From Nitrosopumilus sp. (GTDB lineage: Archaea > Thermoproteota > Nitrososphaeria > Nitrososphaerales > Nitrosopumilaceae), in the NCBI GenBank assembly GCA_965197525.1, contig OZ240211.1, forward strand, positions 1,472,001 to 1,536,000: 64,000 nt of DNA, written 5' to 3'. Of the stretch, positions 53,939-63,569 are shown one piece after another; within the stretch, counting starts at the first letter, position 1; every line of letters starts with the position of its first letter. The translations under genes were made by a program, and so were the position numbers. The notes under the pieces are model-generated. The model was not told where the DNA came from, ran no database searches, and saw only the letters and a program-made list of their open reading frames with translations.

Positions 53939-54584
53939 TTTTTCTCTCCAACATTCCAAAACCTTTTGATACACTTTTACCTATTCCTACATATTCTGGA
54001 AGAGATAGATTAGTTACAAAACTAGCATAAAAGCCTGAAAAACTATGTTTATGTGCAATTATTGGTACTTGTCTAAACTGGTTGATTTTCACATAGAGAT
54101 CGTAATCTATGGTACAATCAAGACCTCTCATCATACTGAGAAGATTGCCTGTTAATATCTTCTCTAACATGTTTATATGAAATCGTTTATCAAGTGTATT
54201 ATACTTTCTGTAATTATCTGTATTTAACGCAATCCAAGGAGTAGCAAAATTATATTCAGTGATATCTTGTGTTATTGTATGAGTTTTACGTGAGAAGATA
54301 ATATTATTAACAGATAATTCAGCGTTCTTTAAATATATATTTTCTAAATCTGACAGTTTCTCTTGTACAACGTCAGCAAATTGTTCAATACCTAATACAA
54401 ATAATTTGTTTTTTATTCTTTTGTACTGTATAAGTGGATATCTGTATGGCTTGTCATCATGGTGATGAAATTCGGTCTCTTGTGCAAATTTATGACCTAC
54501 ATATGATCTTAGTTGCGTTGCAGACAATACCAAATCTGTATTAACTGCAATATCACAATAACAAACTGTTATTTGCTTATCCAT
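53928..54584 (-). CDS. cas6: CRISPR-associated endoribonuclease Cas6 (Cas6b-like)
   Basis: YRYPLIQYK, TPWIALN..NY, C-terminal GIGKSVSKGFG loop. Confidence 0.93.
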   Translation of the reverse strand: MDKQITVCYCDIAVNTDLVLSATQLRSYVGHKFAQETEFHHHDDKPYRYPLIQYKRIKNKLFVLGIEQFADVVQEKLSDLENIYLKNAELSVNNIIFSRKTHTITQDITEYNFATPWIALNTDNYRKYNTLDKRFHINMLEKILTGNLLSMMRGLDCTIDYDLYVKINQFRQVPIIAHKHSFSGFYASFVTNLSLPEYVGIGKSVSKGFGMLERKIDS

Positions 54585-54933
54585 TTATCTAATCCCATGC
54601 ACTGTCATAAAACTCTTTTAATTTATCTTTTTTTAATAAAAATAAAGTACGTGTTCACGTAGTTTGAGAAAATTTTCTGTTACAAGCACAAGTTTGGCAT
54701 ATTTTGAGAACATTCCTTATTTTTTATGTACGACGTGAACACATACCAAATAGACTAGATGTAGATTCAATATCATATTCGGTCAGTTTGTACAAGTATT
54801 AAGACATTATATTTGTCTCATTATATAATATTTTGTTCGTAGATATGTTTGATGATAATTTTACATCAAATCATAATGTTTTCAAACCCACCATCATCAG
54901 AAATTGATCTTGTTCTCAATCTGGCCTCTCACT
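54585..54933. promoter_or_regulatory. Divergent cas promoter region with two inverted repeats
   Basis: GTGTTCACGT (54651..54660) / ACGTGAACAC (54734..54743); TTATATA at 54821..54827; TTTGATG-N9-CATCAAA at 54848..54870. Confidence 0.55.
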
Positions 54934-56688
54934 ATGGCAGTCTATATAACATATTTATACAAGATATCAAATACTGATCCATTGCTTGCTAATGAACTTT
55001 ACCAGTTAAACAAATATTCCAATAGAAATAATCCCAAAAGACAACTAGCAATAAAAAAAATCTTCTGTGAAAACAATCAGATTCTAGTAGACAAAAAAAC
55101 CTTGGAAGATTACGGCTCAGTCGTTACTAAAAAAACAAAGTACCTACAGGAGTGTCTCCAAATGCCTTTGAATACTATTAACGCTGAAAAACTTAATCTG
55201 CCAGATTTTAGAACTGGTAGTGCATCATCAAATCCATACATCGAGGTTTATGGCGAATTAAAAACGAATAGCACAGCAGAAACAAAGATTACACTTTCAG
55301 TAGGGAAAAAAGATAGTAACGAAGAAAAGAACAACTATATCGAATATGTTTTAGATTTAACAAATGGAGAAATTACAAAAGCATCCAATGGTAAAATAAT
55401 CCTAAAACTAGATAGAGAAAAATATTTTGCAGGATCAGAAACATTGTTTTCCAAATATGTTGCTACAGGATTAATCAATGAAAACAGCAATTTGAATGCT
55501 AAAAAATATGATGAAATAATCCAAAAATTCTTAAAATTTACAAAAGAAAAAGAAATAAAAATAGAAAAGAGTGGAAGTGTACCATTTCGAATTTATATTT
55601 TGCCTACTATATTGGAAATAAAATACAAATCTGTCCAAAAAGAAGAATCAGGAGATAGATTTACAGATTATTTTGGAAACAAGGTAACAAAATATGCATC
55701 AACACCTACTAAACTGACCAAGTTTCTAACATTTGATGATCCAGCATTTACCATCAACTGTACAAAAAAAGAAAAGTTTTACCAAAATTTGGGAATAGGT
55801 GATACAACCAAAGAAAAGGTGTATATCGATGCGGCCAAAATATTTAGTATCAGTGGTTTAGAGTGGACTTTTGTAAATATAACGAATCCAGATTATGAAT
55901 TTGAGGATACAAAAAAAGGAATACTGACGCAACTATATAAGAATTACCAAAAACTAGCACAAGATAGTGGTACTACAACCAATGCATATATGAAAATAAT
56001 ATGTGTTAAAAAAAATAATGCCAAACAGGAAATAATAATTGATGAAAATTTGACAATGGATAAGATGAAAAAACTATTTTCAAATATACAAGTCGTACCA
56101 CCACCATTATGTCTTGAAATATTGATTGATAATCCGTCTCAAAATACAACAATCTGGGACACATATCTTTATGTTGTAAAACATTTTCTTGCAGGAAACA
56201 ATGTGCCAAAAAATTATCTATTGTCATATTTCCATAAAATTTTAAAACAAAAAAGATATGAGTGGTTAAAACTCAAATCACAAAATGACCAAAATGAATT
56301 CTTTACAAAAACAGATTTTTGTTTAGAACATTTATTTAATCAAGAAATAAACGACAACTACATGGATAAAAATGAAGAATTTGCAGAAAAAGTTGGCAAA
56401 ATAGTGAAATTGTATATAGAGTTTAAACAAAAAAATAAAGAAAATGATAATTCACTATCAGATATTTTGGCATATGCAAAATACGATCGAGAGAAATTAC
56501 GCTTTGTCATATCACGAATAGGTCGTGGCATACAGTTGTCTAAAATTGATAATAATCTGAAAGAAGATGTTACACAAAAAATCAGACATATTCAACCCAA
56601 TGAAGAGATTGACGACACGGTTGCATCAAAGGATTACTCTTACTTTTTTTTCAAAGGCTATTATAGTAATACGGAGAGAACAGCATGA
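54934..56688 (+). CDS. cas8b: Type I-B large subunit Cas8b (Csh1/TM1802-like)
   Basis: First gene of the cas7-cas5-cas3 operon; C-terminal helical bundle ending YFFFKGYY; ATG 54934 preferred to TTG 54904. Confidence 0.8.
   Translation: MAVYITYLYKISNTDPLLANELYQLNKYSNRNNPKRQLAIKKIFCENNQILVDKKTLEDYGSVVTKKTKYLQECLQMPLNTINAEKLNLPDFRTGSASSNPYIEVYGELKTNSTAETKITLSVGKKDSNEEKNNYIEYVLDLTNGEITKASNGKIILKLDREKYFAGSETLFSKYVATGLINENSNLNAKKYDEIIQKFLKFTKEKEIKIEKSGSVPFRIYILPTILEIKYKSVQKEESGDRFTDYFGNKVTKYASTPTKLTKFLTFDDPAFTINCTKKEKFYQNLGIGDTTKEKVYIDAAKIFSISGLEWTFVNITNPDYEFEDTKKGILTQLYKNYQKLAQDSGTTTNAYMKIICVKKNNAKQEIIIDENLTMDKMKKLFSNIQVVPPPLCLEILIDNPSQNTTIWDTYLYVVKHFLAGNNVPKNYLLSYFHKILKQKRYEWLKLKSQNDQNEFFTKTDFCLEHLFNQEINDNYMDKNEEFAEKVGKIVKLYIEFKQKNKENDNSLSDILAYAKYDREKLRFVISRIGRGIQLSKIDNNLKEDVTQKIRHIQPNEEIDDTVASKDYSYFFFKGYYSNTERTA
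56362..56688 (+). CDS. cas11: Putative nested Cas11 small subunit (in-frame internal start in cas8b)
   Basis: In-frame ATG after a hydrophilic linker gives 108 aa MDKNEEFAEKVGKIV..YFFFKGYY; internal cas11 starts are established for I-B/I-C/I-D. Confidence 0.5.
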   Translation: MDKNEEFAEKVGKIVKLYIEFKQKNKENDNSLSDILAYAKYDREKLRFVISRIGRGIQLSKIDNNLKEDVTQKIRHIQPNEEIDDTVASKDYSYFFFKGYYSNTERTA

Positions 56689-57611
56689 CAATGGAAATTT
56701 TATTCTATTATGAATCAATGCAAAACCCAAATGGTGATCCAGGATTTGAGAATCAACCACGATTAATGCCAGATGATACTATAATGGTAACAGATGTAAG
56801 AATCAAAAGAACAATGCGAGATTATGCCAGAGATGTGAAAAACGAAGTGTTATTTGTCGATTATGATGAAGATGGTAATGCAATTACGGCCGATGGAAAA
56901 GCTAAGGAAATTGTAGGTTCCCTCGACGGAGATGTAATCAAAGGCCTGCTAGAAAAAACATTTGATGTGCCTCTTTTTGGAGCCCTTGTTCCAATAAGAG
57001 GAAGTCAAGGTGTAGAGGGACGATCAGAAAAACTAACAGGACCATTACAATTTGGAATCTCTAGAAGTGTAAATAAAGTGCAGATTGTCAATCCTTCAAT
57101 AGTAGGCAGGTTTGTTGGTAAAGAAAAAACTGGAAAGCAGTTTTCAACGTTTGGGAAATTTTATTCTGTAGAATATGCACTAATAAAAGTACAAGGTGCC
57201 ATAAATCCCAGAAATCTTACAAAATATTCAAAAGATAAAACAATCATGCAGAAATTCAATGAAAAAGTGGATATGGTTAGTGAATGTTTATGGGAAGGAA
57301 CAAACCATTTAATCACAAGATCCAAGTATCCTCAACGCAGTATCTTATACATTGATGTCGATTACAAAGACAAAATATACAATGATTTGCCAGGATTAGT
57401 TAACGAGAGCAAGCAGTTAAAAGAAGATATGGTAAAGAGCCTAGGCAATTCACCTTTTGATTTCTCAGAATTGATCGCAGTTATGACAAAAAGAAAATCA
57501 GAAATTAATAAGATCAGAATTCGTGGCTCTGAAGAAATTGACAATGACATTTTAAAATTGAAATCAGACCTCAAAAAGAACGGAATTAAAGTAGAGATTC
57601 TTTCAGATTGA
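56685..57611 (+). CDS. cas7: Type I-B backbone subunit Cas7 (Csh2)
   Basis: NPNGDP..NQPR..VTDVRIKRTMRDY, DVPLFGA, GPLQF. Confidence 0.95.
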   Translation: MTMEILFYYESMQNPNGDPGFENQPRLMPDDTIMVTDVRIKRTMRDYARDVKNEVLFVDYDEDGNAITADGKAKEIVGSLDGDVIKGLLEKTFDVPLFGALVPIRGSQGVEGRSEKLTGPLQFGISRSVNKVQIVNPSIVGRFVGKEKTGKQFSTFGKFYSVEYALIKVQGAINPRNLTKYSKDKTIMQKFNEKVDMVSECLWEGTNHLITRSKYPQRSILYIDVDYKDKIYNDLPGLVNESKQLKEDMVKSLGNSPFDFSELIAVMTKRKSEINKIRIRGSEEIDNDILKLKSDLKKNGIKVEILSD

Positions 57612-58342
57612 TATCAATTTCGTTTAAAATATCAGGTTCGTTTGCTGCATTTAGAGATCCATCAGTAACATCAAACCAAACCTCATATTATATTCCTTCA
57701 AAAAGTGCGGTTGTAGGAATGTTGGGTGCAATGATTGGAATCAAACGTTCAAACAATCTGGGAGAAATATATAGCGAGGAATATCAACAATTCTTCAAAA
57801 ACATAAAAATTGGATTGCAGTTTGAATCAGAGCCTAAAAAAGTGATGTTTTTTACCAATCATCGGTCATTGAAGGAGGCAAAAACGAAACCATTCAAAAA
57901 AGAATTGCTTGAGAATCCAGTATATACAGTATATGTTTGGACGAATGATGATCTCAGACAAAAACTCTCAAATGCGCTACAAAAACACGAGTTTGTATAT
58001 TCGCCGTATTTTGGACATGCTTACTGTCAAACAGAGGTTTCTAATTTTAAACAACATGATACCCAAGAAGTTGATCCCATAGATCAAAAAACCAAATGTG
58101 TTATATTGGATGAAACAGAAACATATGATAGAGATTTTAAGTTGAAATTGGAAAAAATTACTGACGGATCTGTAATTATTGAGAGACATATACATCATTT
58201 TTTTAAAAATGGAACATTAGATGGACGTGTACTAAAACATTGGATCCCCACCATGAATTCAGAGTTCGAAATTATAAAATATTCCTCAAGCAATCTATCA
58301 AAATTTTACAAAATGGGTAATTATGTCGTCTGTGCATATTAA
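57608..58342 (+). CDS. cas5: Type I-B Cas5
   Basis: SGSFAAFRDP..SYYIPSKSAVVGMLGA, PYFGHAYC. Confidence 0.93.
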   Translation: MISISFKISGSFAAFRDPSVTSNQTSYYIPSKSAVVGMLGAMIGIKRSNNLGEIYSEEYQQFFKNIKIGLQFESEPKKVMFFTNHRSLKEAKTKPFKKELLENPVYTVYVWTNDDLRQKLSNALQKHEFVYSPYFGHAYCQTEVSNFKQHDTQEVDPIDQKTKCVILDETETYDRDFKLKLEKITDGSVIIERHIHHFFKNGTLDGRVLKHWIPTMNSEFEIIKYSSSNLSKFYKMGNYVVCAY

Positions 58343-60557
58343 AGAATTTTTATCCCATCCTATAGGTAACAGTGGAAAGCATTATTCTCTAATGAATCAC
58401 CTTTTGGAAGTGGGAAAAACATCCAAAAAACTTTTCTCTGAAACAAAATTTAATGATACATCCATAGCATTTTATTCTGGATTGTTGCACGACATTGGAA
58501 AATTAAATCAAATATATCAAGATATATTCCATGAACCAAAAAAAGGAGATAGAGACAGGGTACAAAATAATGCATTAAAAACATATGAACAAAAACATTC
58601 AGTATTTTCTGCATGGGCTGCTGACAAATTATTGGCAAAAAGTGATTTGAAAGATGATACAATTAATAAGATTTTGGTATTGATTTATGGGCATCATACA
58701 AAGTTAAAATATAGTTTGGGACGACCGGTTCAAAACAAGAACTTTGTAGCGTCACAAAACTCAATCAAAATAGCATTACCAAAATTTCAATCAGAAACAT
58801 CTAAAATTCCAGAATTGGCAAAACTGAATTGGGATTCGTGTTTGAGGCGATTCCCACGAACGATAGAGTTTGACGTAAACCTAGAATCAAATAAATTTCC
58901 AGACGACTATCTAGAAATGTCCTGTGCATTTTCATGCCTTCTTCAGGCAGATAGAGGTAGTTTCTCAGAATGGTCAATACCTGATTTTGATTTGAAAATA
59001 AGTACAGACGGATTAGTAAAACCTGACTCAGATTTAAGTAAATTACGAACAAATTTTCAAGAACATGTGATGAAGAATATCAATCCTGATGAACCGATCA
59101 CTGTAATCAATGCACCTACAGGAATTGGTAAAACTAAGGTGTTTTTGGATATGATGGATGAATATGCTAAAGATAAAAATATCAAACGCGTCTTTTATTT
59201 TTCACCTTTACTTGCACTAACAGCAGATTTTGAAAAGAAGATAGCGGAATTGATTTCAAACGAAGAATACGAAAATGTTTTAGTGTATAATCACTTGTTT
59301 TCAGGATCATTAGAAGACAGGTGTAAGGATGATGATTCTAAATACTCCAACAGATGGGTATTTGAGAATGAATCATTTAATAAAAAATTTATCGTTACAA
59401 CTACACAAAGACTTTTGATGACAATTTATGGTAACAGTGTATCTGACAAAATGAAGATGGCATCATTCATAAATTCAGTATTGATAATTGATGAAATTCA
59501 AACAATACCAAAATCAATTATATCAAACCTAAAAAAGATTTTCAGAAAAATGAATGAGTGTATGGGAACAAAATTCTTGCTAGTGAGTGCAACAATCCCG
59601 CATGAGATTCGAGATATTAAACAAATTGGACCGCCAAAAGATGATTTAAGTGAGTATTTAACGAAAACAAAAAAACAAATTTCAATAGTTGAACGACTTG
59701 ATATTCAAAAAATTCCAATAGAAAAAACGTTAGTCATGGCAAATACCAGAAAAAAAGCAATAAACCTGTATTCTAAGATCAAGCAAGTATATCAGAATGC
59801 TAAAATCATGTATATTTCCACAGGAATTAGAAAAAAAGATAGACAAGACATATTGGAAAAACTAGTAGATGATTCAGATTATATTCTAGTATCTACACAG
59901 GTAGTTGAAGCTGGAGTAGATATTAGTTTTTCACATGTATATAGAGAAGAAGCACCTATGGACAACATTGTTCAGGTTATGGGAAGATTGAACAGAGAAG
60001 CTGAAAATAATGATGCAGAATTAACTATATACAAAACTGATGGTAATCCCATCCCATATAGTCCATTAGAGTTCGAAGTTACACAGGAAAAGATTAGAGA
60101 CAAAACAGATTCTGTACAAATCTACGATATTTTAGACGAATACTATTCTGAGATCTCGGCCAGAAATGCACGTAATGTGGACGATACAGAGAAATTGGAA
60201 AGACATATGACAAGAATGGATTTTGAGGAAGTATGGAAATTTGTCAAAAATAAGGTCTTTCAAGAAAATGATCGCGATACCGTGTTCGTTCCAAATTGTA
60301 AAGAATGGGACGACGTCAAAAAAGGATTATTGGATGGATTAAATTCCAACAAACTAAAACACAATTTCAAAAGATTTGGGAATCTGACGGCGTCACTTCC
60401 AAAACTACCAAAAGAGGAAAGATTAAGATTATTTGATGAAGAGTTGATAGATAAGAATATCTTGTTACCAAAAAAAGAACATTTGCAAACAGTTTACGAT
60501 GAAAAGATGGGATTAGACAAATGGTTACAAGAAGACGAATCAAATGACAATCTTTAA
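58323..60557 (+). CDS. cas3: Cas3 helicase-nuclease (fused HD plus SF2 helicase)
   Basis: HL..LLHDIGK, GHH, QAD, APTGIGKT, DEIQ, SAT, STQVVEAGVD, QVMGRLNR. Confidence 0.96.
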   Translation: MSSVHIKEFLSHPIGNSGKHYSLMNHLLEVGKTSKKLFSETKFNDTSIAFYSGLLHDIGKLNQIYQDIFHEPKKGDRDRVQNNALKTYEQKHSVFSAWAADKLLAKSDLKDDTINKILVLIYGHHTKLKYSLGRPVQNKNFVASQNSIKIALPKFQSETSKIPELAKLNWDSCLRRFPRTIEFDVNLESNKFPDDYLEMSCAFSCLLQADRGSFSEWSIPDFDLKISTDGLVKPDSDLSKLRTNFQEHVMKNINPDEPITVINAPTGIGKTKVFLDMMDEYAKDKNIKRVFYFSPLLALTADFEKKIAELISNEEYENVLVYNHLFSGSLEDRCKDDDSKYSNRWVFENESFNKKFIVTTTQRLLMTIYGNSVSDKMKMASFINSVLIIDEIQTIPKSIISNLKKIFRKMNECMGTKFLLVSATIPHEIRDIKQIGPPKDDLSEYLTKTKKQISIVERLDIQKIPIEKTLVMANTRKKAINLYSKIKQVYQNAKIMYISTGIRKKDRQDILEKLVDDSDYILVSTQVVEAGVDISFSHVYREEAPMDNIVQVMGRLNREAENNDAELTIYKTDGNPIPYSPLEFEVTQEKIRDKTDSVQIYDILDEYYSEISARNARNVDDTEKLERHMTRMDFEEVWKFVKNKVFQENDRDTVFVPNCKEWDDVKKGLLDGLNSNKLKHNFKRFGNLTASLPKLPKEERLRLFDEELIDKNILLPKKEHLQTVYDEKMGLDKWLQEDESNDNL

Positions 60558-60763
60558 CTTTTTTTGTAACTGTATAGTTTTGTATTGTCCTGAAAATAGT
60601 TCACCCCTCACATCTGGCTCATAGCCTAGGTGGGCGTGTTCCATGACTGCTTTTTTCAGCGGCATGGCATTCCATGTAAAATCTATGAAAAATGCAGTCA
60701 ACTTGTCCATTACTGGAAACAGTGGTGTGTGGGTCCGCAGTGGAAATATTCTACTATAGAGAT

Positions 60764-60843
60764 TATAGCAACGCGCACAAGTTTCTGTACAGCCAATTTC
60801 TGGGCATCGTCGTCCCTTTACCATCACATCTTTGTGTAAATCA
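60764..60843. mobile_element. Solo end of a family B element
   Basis: 72/80 identical to 2025..2104; begins TATAGC; no partner end seen nearby. Confidence 0.7.
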
Positions 60844-60973
60844 CCGTCTGCTGCATTCCGAACAGCATCTGTATACCTTTAACGTATTTTTTTCACACAG
60901 ATTTGTAAAATAGTTTGGATCTGAATTGATTGTTAGCGGTCTGAGATATCGGCACGTCTACTCTTTGATACAC

Positions 60974-61969
60974 TTACAACCAATGCGGAATTTCAAGATA
61001 CTCACCAACACTCTCTTTTCGTAAAATTTTGAGGAGGGCATTTGCCTGTGGAGTAGATAGGACCGGTTTGTCAAATTGATTATCTGTAGAAATTCGCGGA
61101 CATGCCACCTGAATAAAGGCATCAATTCCTCTAAGATTCTGTAATCGCTCATTTGTGATGTCAGTTAGTGCAAATAGCTGGACGTCTTTTCCTTCCTTCT
61201 CCAACTCTTTTTTCATCTTTAATGCAAAGATTTTTGAGAGCTGTCCCTCTTTTAGTCCAATGATCACTCCAAATGATTGTGCGTCAGCAGCTTTGTATAC
61301 TGCAAGCGTTGCCTTTTTTTTTAATTTCTGTGCAAACTCTGTGACTTCCCTTACTTCATTAAAGTATGGATCTAAAACAAATGTTGGTAGATTAGTTGAT
61401 AATGCAATACCTGCCGCATGAAAGTTACTCTGTCCAAGAAACACGTAGGCGTCAACTGTTTTTTTTAACTCTGTTGCGGGATAAAATTCACAACCAAACA
61501 CTTGACCGTCATTTAACTGCCCCTTCCCTTTTCCAATTCTAACATCAATCCCATTTACCGTCAAAATTTTTTTTACTTTATCAATCTGGTGTAAATGTTG
61601 GCTGTCGGTAACTAGTGACACTGTTTTGCCTTTCAAATCCTTTGCACACTTTTCTGCAACATCATCAAATGACACATTATCAAAAGCATCAATCAAAACC
61701 ATATTTTTCTCTAATGACTCTGTGTTTATTGTATGGCCAATATTAAACTGAATCTCTGCTCCTAATACTTTTGAACCGTTTGTATTCAAGTCACAAGTTC
61801 CCCAGGTTGTATCTGCTAGAACATAAGCTGGAATTTTATATTTTTTTGATATCTTTACTGCCATATCTTGAACTTGAGGCAACATACCATCAGGACCATT
61901 TAGCGAAACTGAAGCCGGATCCTTTGATTCTATCTCTTTGAATATTCTCTCTTCGTCTATTACTATCAA
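60974..61969 (-). CDS. dph2: Diphthamide biosynthesis radical-SAM enzyme Dph2
   Basis: WGTCD, GQVFGCEF, GLKEGQ, QVACPRIS. Confidence 0.94.
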   Translation of the reverse strand: MIVIDEERIFKEIESKDPASVSLNGPDGMLPQVQDMAVKISKKYKIPAYVLADTTWGTCDLNTNGSKVLGAEIQFNIGHTINTESLEKNMVLIDAFDNVSFDDVAEKCAKDLKGKTVSLVTDSQHLHQIDKVKKILTVNGIDVRIGKGKGQLNDGQVFGCEFYPATELKKTVDAYVFLGQSNFHAAGIALSTNLPTFVLDPYFNEVREVTEFAQKLKKKATLAVYKAADAQSFGVIIGLKEGQLSKIFALKMKKELEKEGKDVQLFALTDITNERLQNLRGIDAFIQVACPRISTDNQFDKPVLSTPQANALLKILRKESVGEYLEIPHWL

Positions 61970-62026
61970 TTCATATTAGAACGTAAAATTATTAATTTAA
62001 ATCAATTGAAATTATACAACAACTAA

Positions 62027-63397
62027 ATGACTGAGGTTTTGCATCCGGCCATGCAAGAAGATAAGGAAGAAGAAACTGTTCTTCACATTGGTTTTGATGA
62101 TACTGATTCGCCCAAGGGCATGTGTACTACATTCCTTGCCTACAAGATTGTTGACTGTCTTTACAAACAAAAAGACGACGTTGAATTCCTTGATCTTCCA
62201 AGATTAATTAGGTTCAATCCTAATATTCCATGGAAGACTAGAGGGAACGGGGCAGTCTCTCTTAAACTAAAGACTCGTACCCCCTCAAAAATCAAAAATC
62301 AAGTCACACGTCTTGTATCTAAATACTCTGATACTGCAAATGGCGCAAACCCTGGATTAGTATTCTTTGAGGGTGATACTATCCCATACGAATTCACTGA
62401 ATTTAGTAACTTGGCTTTATGGCAATTAATCAATAGACGACACGCCAAACAGTTTGCCAAAAAAAACAATCTTGAAATTTATTATAAAGGGAATGGTCAA
62501 GGATTGGTAGGTTCCATTGGTGCAATAGGGTACCACTTTGATGATCATACATTTGAGCTTTTAAGTTATCGTAAAAGACGGAGATTTGGCAGCAAGAGAC
62601 AGCTTGTAACTCAGAGTGTCAAAATTATGCAAGAAAAAACCCTACCTAATACATTTAACAGTTTTGATACAAAAAAAGGACGAGTTTTAATCACTCCTCA
62701 CGGACCTGATCCTGTTTTTTATGGCATTCGTGGCGAAGATATAGATTCACTACTTTATGCTAGCACAATTTTGAAGAGTAATGAAAAATTAGACGGTCAC
62801 ATGGTGTTCAAATCCAATCAGGGTACAGGCGATCATTTAAAAAATGAGTTAAATGCTGATAATATGAAACCGTTTGCATCTGGAAAGATTTCTGGAGTTG
62901 TCTCTAATACACCACATATCATCAAGGGGGGTCACGTCTTTTTTAAGATCATGTCGCATGATCATGAATTCTGGTGTGCAGTCTACAAACCCACTGGAAT
63001 CTCAACTGTTGCTTTACATTTAATTCAAGGCGATCGCATATCCGTAGGCGGTGGAATCAGGCGAGCTACAAAAAACTTTCCTAGGATCATAAATATCGAA
63101 TATCTTGACGTCCTCTGTCTTGAAGCCAATCACTCCACGTCAAATCCTTTTTGTAAACGTTGTAACAAAAAAATGAAATCCAAAGGTCGTACCCAGGGAT
63201 TTCAATGCATTCGTTGCAAGAGCACATCATCCCAGAAGATTACCATAAATATCCCAAGAGAGATCAAAGAACAACTCTATCTTCCAGAGATGTCGGCCCA
63301 CAGGCACCTGACTAGACCTCTACAGAGAATCGGGGTTTGCAACAAACCTGTAAAATTTGATAGTTCCATCTCTTGGTTTTGTGTTTATGAAGATTAA
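62027..63397 (+). CDS. tiaS: tRNA(Ile2)-agmatinylcytidine synthase
   Basis: IGFDDTDS..GMCTT, LIRFNPNIPWKTRGNGA, HGPDPVFYGIRG, SNQGTGDH, C-terminal Zn ribbon; start may be 62051. Confidence 0.94.
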   Translation: MTEVLHPAMQEDKEEETVLHIGFDDTDSPKGMCTTFLAYKIVDCLYKQKDDVEFLDLPRLIRFNPNIPWKTRGNGAVSLKLKTRTPSKIKNQVTRLVSKYSDTANGANPGLVFFEGDTIPYEFTEFSNLALWQLINRRHAKQFAKKNNLEIYYKGNGQGLVGSIGAIGYHFDDHTFELLSYRKRRRFGSKRQLVTQSVKIMQEKTLPNTFNSFDTKKGRVLITPHGPDPVFYGIRGEDIDSLLYASTILKSNEKLDGHMVFKSNQGTGDHLKNELNADNMKPFASGKISGVVSNTPHIIKGGHVFFKIMSHDHEFWCAVYKPTGISTVALHLIQGDRISVGGGIRRATKNFPRIINIEYLDVLCLEANHSTSNPFCKRCNKKMKSKGRTQGFQCIRCKSTSSQKITINIPREIKEQLYLPEMSAHRHLTRPLQRIGVCNKPVKFDSSISWFCVYED

Positions 63398-63398
63398 G

Positions 63399-63488
63399 TA
63401 GCGGGGAGTAGATTTGAACTACTGATTTGCGGGTTATGAGCCCGCCGGGATGACTTTGCCCTAAATAGTCTGACTTCCCCACCCCGCT
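63399..63488 (-). tRNA. Initiator tRNA-Met(CAT) with a 15-nt D-loop intron
   Basis: AGCGGGG/CCCCGCT acceptor stem with A1-U72, GGG/CCC anticodon stem, CTCATAA loop, TTCAAAT T-loop; removing 63455..63469 gives a regular 75-nt cloverleaf. Confidence 0.92.
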
Positions 63489-63569
63489 GAAGATAAATAA
63501 AGTTCAGCCGTATATACTCTTTATCAAATTTTTGAAGGTAATTATAGTATTCACGCAGATCCTCTTTTT

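Noticed and set aside
54599-54615. GCACTGTCATAAAACTC resembling an IS6-type terminal repeat
   Set aside because: Single short match, no partner end and no transposase remnant beside it.
54660-54725. Degenerate CRISPR repeats (CreTA/CreR-like mini-array) around GAGAAAATTTTC and GAGAACATTCCTT
   Set aside because: Only partial resemblance to AGAATTTCCTT in an AT-rich context, and spacing of about 40 bp is too short for repeat plus spacer.
60540-60827. 95-aa minus-strand ORF after cas3
   Set aside because: Starts inside the family B IS-end remnant, overlaps the cas3 stop and has no recognisable domain.
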